Below are positions 52,878 to 64,000 of a stretch of DNA of 64,000 nucleotides, piece after piece. Source of the stretch: Eledone cirrhosa (lineage: Eukaryota); contig OZ024740.1 in the NCBI GenBank assembly GCA_964016885.1, positions 50,530,001 through 50,594,000 of the forward strand, read 5' to 3'. Position 1 is the stretch's first letter. Every line of letters starts with the position of its first letter. The notes beneath the pieces are model-generated. The model did not search any database, was not told where the DNA came from, and saw only the letters and a program-made list of their open reading frames with translations. Position numbers and translations under genes: made by a program.

Positions 52878-52988
52878 TTTTTGAATCATCAAAGCGGAAT
52901 GAAAATCCTTGCCTCCTTGCATGCGAAATCCCCAAGGAGTATTAGGGTCCAGTCTCTCGAGTTTAGCTTCCAAGGTAAGTATCGACAT
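52878..52988 (-). CDS. PDZ-domain protein (ALP/Enigma/Zasp PDZ-LIM-like), coding exon 1
   Basis: Manual translation gives MSILTLEAKLERLDPNTPWGFRMQGGKDFHSALMIQK, containing the PWGFR(L/M)QGGKDF signature of PDZ-LIM family PDZ domains. The ATG is in cacc-ATG context and the exon ends in phase 0 at a GTAAGT donor (52877). An upstream acceptor, ttttctcttataactttcAG, lies at 53021-53022. Confidence 0.9.
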
Positions 52989-53149
52989 GGTGAATGGATG
53001 GTAAAGTTTTCCCTTTTCTTCTGAAAGTTATAAGAGAAAATATAACTAACTTTCCCTCAAATAAATTATGTATGTATTACAAAATAACAGCAAATATATT
53101 TTCTCCCTTTTTGTTCTACACCTGAATCCTAGCTAGATCCGCTTATTAC

Positions 53150-53290
53150 CTTTCAAAGAGCCACCGCCGACTTACGTCCGACGTCGTGGTCGTGGTCGTT
53201 TCGACGCACGTCGATGTAGTTTTTCCTTTCTTTTTTACTCTGAACGAAAAACCTTTCTGGCTCTGAAGCAAGTGCTCGCCTTTAAATGGT
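53150..53290 (-). promoter_or_regulatory. Probable non-coding first exon / promoter region of the PDZ gene
   Basis: This CpG-rich patch has two minus-strand donor-like sites (aag|GTAATA ~53149, gac|GTAAGT ~53175), ~130-155 nt upstream of the acceptor at 53021. A TTTAAA lies at ~53281-53286, followed by GA/TA microsatellites. Confidence 0.45.
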
Positions 53291-54610
53291 TTCTCTCTCT
53301 CTCTCTCTCTCCTCCTGTGTATATATATATATATATTTTTTTTTATTAAGTTCGACCAGGCTTTTTCTATTTCTCTACTTCCTTCAGTGACTCACTATTT
53401 GCGCACGATACTTCTCTCCTTATAGTTACTGTATATCGCTTTCTCTCTTTCTTTCCCCCCTACGCTTATCACTCTATATCTCTCTTAAACACATTCACAC
53501 ACATTGATAAGCGTTTATTCTTTCTTATACTCTTTTTTTTTTGTTCTCTTTCCCCTCAAACAAACTCATACTGATGCTCCATATCTCTTTCATGTAAATG
53601 TTCTCTCTTTTTCTCTCTCCTTCACATACATTTCATGTTTGTTTCTTTTTATTTATTACATAGTTTTTTCTTTACTATCTCTTTCGATCTCACTCATCTT
53701 GTTTTCTCTCTCACACTCATTCGTAAATTCTTTCTCGTATAAATAAACACTTCTCTTTCTTTCTCATTTACTGTATATCTCTTATACACTCACAATCTCT
53801 TTTACACACATAATTTCTTTTTCTCGTTCATCCAAATTTACTCGTTCCTCCTCTCACACATTCCTTTTTCTTGTTTCTGTCTTTTGTCTCCCCCTTCTCT
53901 CTCTTTCTCTCTCTCACATGTGTGTATATATATATATATGTATATACAGGGTGTTCCCCAAATATGTATACACACTCCAACAACATTCTAAAAGTGTGTG
54001 TCTATATATATATATATATATATGTGTGTGTATATATATGTTATGTATGTGTATGTATGTATGTGTATATATATGTATGTATGTATATGTGCTAGCGTGG
54101 AAGATAGACGTTAAACGATGATGATATATATATATATATAGAGAGAGAGAGAGTTTTAATTATTTTAATCGTAGTTAGTGTTTTTTTTTCTTACCTACTC
54201 CAAATCTCTTTATCACAACCCCACGGATTTTTATTATTATTATTACTAAGATTAATGTGCCGCTGATAAATTCTATCTTTGTGTCGCCCTTCAGCTTTAT
54301 ACTTTACCCCTCTTTTTCTCCTATTTTCATTTGTATTCTGATGGTTCACATTCTTCTACTTGTGTAACCAGAGTGCCCGCTAAACGGACTAGCAGCAAAG
54401 TGAACACGGAGACTCGTTCACATTTCTCCTTCCAAGTTATTCGTTTACTCCGCTGCCTTAACGATAACTTTGAAACAAAAGTTCATAATCAATAACAAAA
54501 GCAATGATCCTTGCCTATTTGTTTATCTAACTAAATTGTAACTTTTTAACTTCAATACACACATATATGTGTATTTGTATGTAATTCACAGAAGTAAAGT
54601 TTAAATATTC

Positions 54611-54683
54611 ATTTTGTTAAGGCTAAGAAGTGAGTCTTGTTACTCTGAGGGTAACAAGACTCACTTCTTAGCCTTAACAAAAT
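54611..54683. repeat. Perfect 33-bp hairpin with a 7-nt loop
   Basis: It reads attttgttaaggctaagaagtgagtcttgttac-tctgagg-gtaacaagactcacttcttagccttaacaaaat. Confidence 0.95.
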
Positions 54684-55378
54684 TATGTTTTCGGTATATA
54701 TAAAAGGACAAAAAATGAAATTGAATTTAAATTAAAAAGAAAAACCCCAAACTGAATGAAACGTGCAAATCTTATCGCAGGTTTGGGCAAGGTTCTTATC
54801 TGGGACACATACAACTGCCTCTCCTTGTTGAGCTAATTGATAAGTATATTAAATTATATCATTATGACAAAAGGAGGGGCGGAAAGGGGTTTAACGATGA
54901 AGGGAGCAACTTAATACCGCTAGCTGGACTATATCTTATTTAATTTATTAGTAAGCGATAATTGACTGCAAACAGTCTGTTGTGAGGGAACAAATCAGTA
55001 TCATGGGGGGAAAATATTCAGAAATAGATTGATATAAAAAAATCAAAAGTTGAATATGTACGGTGAAATACGAGTTATCTTTCATTTTCATTCAGTCATT
55101 TTATTGACATTTTATATACCTAAAGCGAAATTTCCTCGTAACGGCAATTGTTTCTAATGTAGACACAAGACCATCAGATTTAAGGAGGGGACAGGGTCGA
55201 TTACCCTGACCACAATACTTAACTAGTACTTTATTTTATCGACACCAAAAAAGATGAACGGTAAAGTTGATCACGGTGGGATTTGAATTCAGTCCAGGTG
55301 AACTCATAACTAAAAACGCAAAAAGGACCCAGTTAACCCTGTAAGGTGGTCGTGCTGGAGACTTGACGATATATATAT

Positions 55379-56012
55379 ATGTAACCCATTTGCAACCACG
55401 CAGCACGTTTATTCTCATATTTACACATATTTTTTCCCCGCTGTGACCCGTCTATTTCGTTCTTACTGCTTTCTCTTTCTCTGTATCTTTACCCTCTGTA
55501 ACAGTCACTCTGTCTGTTAGCCTCTTCTTCACCCTTCACTCACTCACCCACTCTCTGTTACTACCTCTCCTCCTCCTCCTTCTTCCCGTTTGACCTGTGC
55601 GTAATTCTTTTCTTTCGCACGCTTGGTCAGGCTGGTTCGCCTTTTTCTCTCTTTCGTCTACGATTTCACAGAACTTATGTTCACCGAATTCACGGACTAG
55701 ACCCCTTCTTCATCCCGTTAGACCTGTGCGGAATTCCTTCCTTGCTCACATTTCAACCAGGTTTGATGGTCTTTATTCTCTCTCGTTCACGATTTCACCG
55801 AACTTATATTCATGGAAATTTGGGACTTGACTCGTTCTTCCTTATTTTTCGTTGCTTCACCATCTTTGTTTGTTTACACTCTCGCTGTTCCCGTTATTTA
55901 CGTGTCCCAACGACTTTCTTTAGCCGCTGCTCGCACCAACCGGAAGTATATGGTCTTTAAAGCGAAGAAATACCGATGATGGTTGGAAGATCACTGATGA
56001 AGGACCACTTTA

Positions 56013-56056
<44 letters not shown>

Positions 56057-56515
56057 GCGAGAAGAATGAATACTGCGTGGTTGCACATGGGTTACATATG
56101 ATAAAAATAGTCCTTCATCAGTGATTTTCCAACCTTCATTGGTATTTCATCGCTTTAAAAATCATATACCTCCAGTTGGTGCGAGCAATAGCTAAATAAA
56201 GCTATTGAGACAAGTAAATCGCGTAAAGCGAGCGAGACAAGTAAACAAACATAGAAGGATAGCAACGCAAAGATAGGAAAAAACAAGCACATGGGAGTCC
56301 GATCAGCTTAAACTGTGTGGATTTCATGGGCGAGAGAGACAGCAGACCGTCCGACGCGAGTGAGGTGTGAGCAAGAAAGGACCCCACTTCAGGCCAAACG
56401 GGAGGAAGTGAGAAGGAGGGAGAAGCAGAGAGTGAGTGAGTGGAAGTGCGAGGAAGAGGCCAGTCGAGAGAAAGTGTAATTGACAGAGGGGGCGAAAGAA
56501 GGTGAGAGAAACAGA
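55379..56515. mobile_element. Two diverged copies of an unclassified repeat in inverted orientation around a (TA)n tract
   Basis: 55379-56015 (+) and 56053-56515 (-) share gctcgcaccaac.gga.gtatatg..tttaaagcga.gaaatacc.atga.ggttggaa.atcactgatgaaggac and tgtaacccat.tgcaaccacgcag. Confidence 0.75.
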
Positions 56516-56544
56516 TATATATATATATATAAAAATATTTAATA

Positions 56545-56730
56545 ATTGTTTCTACTTTTGGCACAAGGCCAGTAATTACCCAGTGCATTACTGGTACTTT
56601 ATTTTATCGACCCCGTAAGGATGAAAGGCAAAGTTAACCTCGGCGGGATTTGAACTCAGAATGGCAAGGGCCGTAACTATGCGTCAAAGCATGGCGTCCG
56701 ACTCTCTACCGATACTGCCAATCCCCCCTT
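56545..56730 (-). mobile_element. Young Meta-type SINE with long TSD
   Basis: It is full-length and flanked by ataaaaatatttaataat on both sides. Confidence 0.92.
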
Positions 56731-58646
56731 CATAAAAATATTTAATAATGCTTTGTTATACTCAATATATCCACACACACAACCCCCTTTTTTTATACTA
56801 AATAGTAATAACATAAGCATTAGTTAAATAACATGCATTGAAACATTTGAAAGGCTATTAAATTATTTAAGAAATCTATTCTATTATGTATATATGTAGC
56901 GAAACTGTTCCCATGTTTTCAGGTGGTTGCTTTATCAACTTTCCACTGTCCTTTAACCTCAGTCAGACAGAGATACCAATTCTTTTGTTTAAACTAACAA
57001 CCTCACCAAAAAGGGTTTACTGCCTTTGTTTAAAAGGAAATTATCAAGGGCCATATGTTTAATGTTTTCTGTGTGCACAATCTTTATAAATAGAGGAGAT
57101 TTTGATCCCAGAATAGTGTTGTAAGAAAGGGACCTATCTTTGCATGTCCACACGTGTCCAGACTGAATCTCCCTGCACGGATGTTCACCTGTTTCACGTC
57201 CGGCCAAAGAACATAGTAAGTTTCACACTCATTCATAGCAGCCATGAAAATGCACATCTGCACGCAATACCACTTACAGATGAAGAGAGGCCGAAAGACC
57301 ACCTGCACTTCTGATGTGACGTCACTGGCCCCTCGCTTCTGGCAAGACCTCCCCTGCACTTCTGGCACCTTAGTCCTACAAATAGCAGAGTTCTTTTCTT
57401 CACTCTGTCACAGAATACAGTCAACTTCTTTGCTCTACAACATACCAACAGCACAGTTTGCCATGTAGATTATCACAGACGGTGCTTGTGGGGCTGGCTA
57501 CTAACATCATCAGACAGCTTATTCACTACTTTAAGATTCACACACACAATCAACACACTTCAATTATATGTGTACCTTTTCCATTGTTCATTATTACTGG
57601 ACATGATTTTGAAGTATGCAACTTATAAAAACATAAAAATTAGCAGTGTTTTGTTCATTTGTAAATTTATATCAATATGATTAGGTAAATCATCTTCCTT
57701 GCAGCAATATCACATCTCTATAATAACCTAATACAATTACTGGTTTCCTCAATCATGGCAAAACTTCACAGCAACAGTTATCTTGACTCACTAAGGCACA
57801 CTTTACTCACTTGCTATTGACTTGACCAACACACCACTCATTCAGCTATTTCATCCACATCATCTTGCAACTCATACTACCATCCAACAAAAGAACTAAA
57901 CATACAAACAATCTTTTTTACTCTGCTAAATATATATATATATCATCATCATTGTCGTCATTTTAACGCCCGCTTTCGCTGGTAGCAAGGGTTGGACAGG
58001 TATACAAAGACCAAGTCAGTACTGAAGCGGGGCAATGCATTGACTGGGATATGTTCATATAGCAATTTAACAACACAATGTGTCAGACACCCTGTTGTCT
58101 CAGCAACAACATGGTATGTATGCTATATATTCAACTTCCCTTTTTATACCAAAGAATTGTCCCACTGGTGAAGGAATTGTAATTCTTCCAATATTGGTTA
58201 GTCCAGTATATTGAAATGACTAATATTGTTTCATCAATTCCAGAGACCATGGTTGGGGAACTATATGAGTAAAACCGACTTATGTTTGTCAGTCTAGCTT
58301 ATATACCCCCAAATAGGGATTCTGGCTTAAGTTTTATCGATACAAAAGAGAGACGTTGGTTGGTGTCTTCATACATCACACAAAAACAAAAATTGACAAT
58401 CGAAAAGTAAAAACACCAATGCAATAAAGGTATACCCAAAAAGGTTTATTGATGCTCATTTTATAACATCAAAGAAAAAGAAAAATATGCTGGGTATGCA
58501 AACCAACCCGACCCTTATTTTTAGTAGATTGGGAGACAACCATAAGGGATTCTATCTGATTGTCAGCAATGCTTATATTTTGTGGCATTTCTGTGGATTT
58601 GAACGCTGGTTTACACACACACACATTTATATATAATTGTTTATAT

Positions 58647-58975
58647 CTATATCTATATATATATAATATAAAAGATTAGAACTCCCATCATCCTTTTGAG
58701 AAACCTGAACCATCACCTAGAGGTCACTATTCTTGGAGGCAATCGTCAAGGAGAAAATATATATATTCCCAAGATTCCTTTCATCACTTCCTTTACTGAG
58801 CTGCTGTTCAAATTCTCAAGACTTCAGTTCCCTGTTAGAGTTAGTTTTGCTATGACCATAAATAAAGCTCAAGGTCAGAATGTCAAAGTTGTAGGATTGC
58901 ATATGAGAGAATGGGGTTTTACCCAGGAACAGTTATATGTAGGTTGTTCATGAATGGGAACACCCAGAAATTTTC
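58647..58975 (+). mobile_element. Helitron-derived fragment encoding PIF1-like helicase C-terminal motifs
   Basis: It translates TPIILLRNLN/YIPKIP..FKFSRLQFPVRVSFAMTINKAQGQ..VVGL..QLYVGCS, preceded by a TCTATATATATATAATATAAAA Helitron-like 5' end. Confidence 0.8.
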
Positions 58976-58994
58976 ATATACTTTGCCGAATATT

Positions 58995-59170
58995 AATAAT
59001 TGTTTCTACTTTTGACACAAGGCCAGCAATTACCCAGTACATTACTGGTACTTTATTTTATCGACCCCGTAAGGATGAAAGGCAAAGTTAACCTCAACGG
59101 GATTTGAACCATAAAAGGACGTAACTATGCTTGAAAGAATGGCGTCCGACCCTCTACTGATACTACCAAT
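58995..59170 (-). mobile_element. Meta-type SINE
   Basis: Full-length family match. Confidence 0.88.
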
Positions 59171-59629
59171 ATTATGATATCATTATAGTATTATTATTCA
59201 CTCACAAATACACTTAAGTATCCACCACGTTAAAAGCAAAAACAAATTCTGTTTTTTTAATTTTTGGCAAAGCTCGACGTAAAATCGCTCGGTATGCAAA
59301 TGAGGCTAATCAACCGATGTATACATTTGAGAATACTATGTATTCTCAGCAGTTCCAGACGGTAGTTAATGAGCAGAATACATAATCTTGGCAAGGGGCA
59401 AGACACTCTGAAACAATTGTCGATTGTTTTCTCTCAACTGCCGCTGGAACAAATGGTTGAAGTTGTTCATCTGCCATGTGGTATTTTTATGAAGCAGTTT
59501 ACTTGAAAACAAACTGAATATTAATAATATTATGATATTATTATAATATTATTATTATTCACTGACGAATACACATAGGTATCTACCACATTAAGAGCAA
59601 AAACAAATTTTGTTTTACATACATATATG

Positions 59630-59961
59630 TCATCATCATTTTACGTTCCCTTTTCCCTGCTTGCAAGGGTGGGACGGGAACTGATTCTGGCTCGATTTCT
59701 ACAGCTGGATGCCCTTCCTAACACCAACCTCATTTACAGTGAGTGCTGCGTGCTTTTTTTCCGTGGCACCTACACGACCACTTTACAGTGGAATGATAGG
59801 GACCCCACTCCCTATCATCTCATTTCTACAGCTGAGTAAACTGGAGCAATGTGAAATAAAGTGTCTTGCTCAAGGAAACAACACATCACCCGGTCTGAGA
59901 ATTGAACTCACAACCTATAGATTGCAAGGCCAATGCTCTAACCACTAAGCCATGTGCCTCC
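59630..59961 (-). mobile_element. Full-length CORE-type SINE with RTE tail
   Basis: It is the near-identical reverse complement of 27665-28003. Confidence 0.9.
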
Positions 59962-59962
59962 G

Positions 59963-64000
<4,038 letters not shown>

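Noticed and set aside
56890-57500. Cluster of short ORFs, faintly mariner-like on the minus strand
   Set aside because: The sequence is too degraded to assign; no TIR/TSD pair or catalytic motif was recognised.

Overview
This is AT-rich, repeat-saturated animal genomic DNA. The SINE/LINE repertoire and (TA)n load suggest a coleoid cephalopod such as Octopus (inference from remembered repeat families, not a database hit). The only well-supported host gene is on the minus strand and encodes an N-terminal PDZ domain of the ALP/Enigma/Zasp (PDZ-LIM) type. Its coding exon 1 is at 52878-52988 and exon 2 at 30958-31109, separated by a ~21.8 kb intron; its later exons are uncertain. Almost everything else is mobile DNA or simple repeats: Meta-type and CORE-type tRNA SINEs, RTE/CR1/R4-like/CRE-like/Tx1-like LINE fragments, a decayed Gypsy element, a mariner relic, Helitrons, piggyBac/hAT MITEs, a 37-bp minisatellite and ~2.9 kb of (TA)n. 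The most striking unexplained structure is a set of type I hammerhead-ribozyme motifs (Penelope/retrozyme-like) inside palindromes or inverted repeats, often next to (TA)n tracts. There is also a 1.57-kb foldback element with a 6-bp TSD whose two arms both carry a LINE 3' end. No CRISPR array, rRNA or genuine tRNA gene was found. Boundaries of old repeats are approximate, and family names are by eye.
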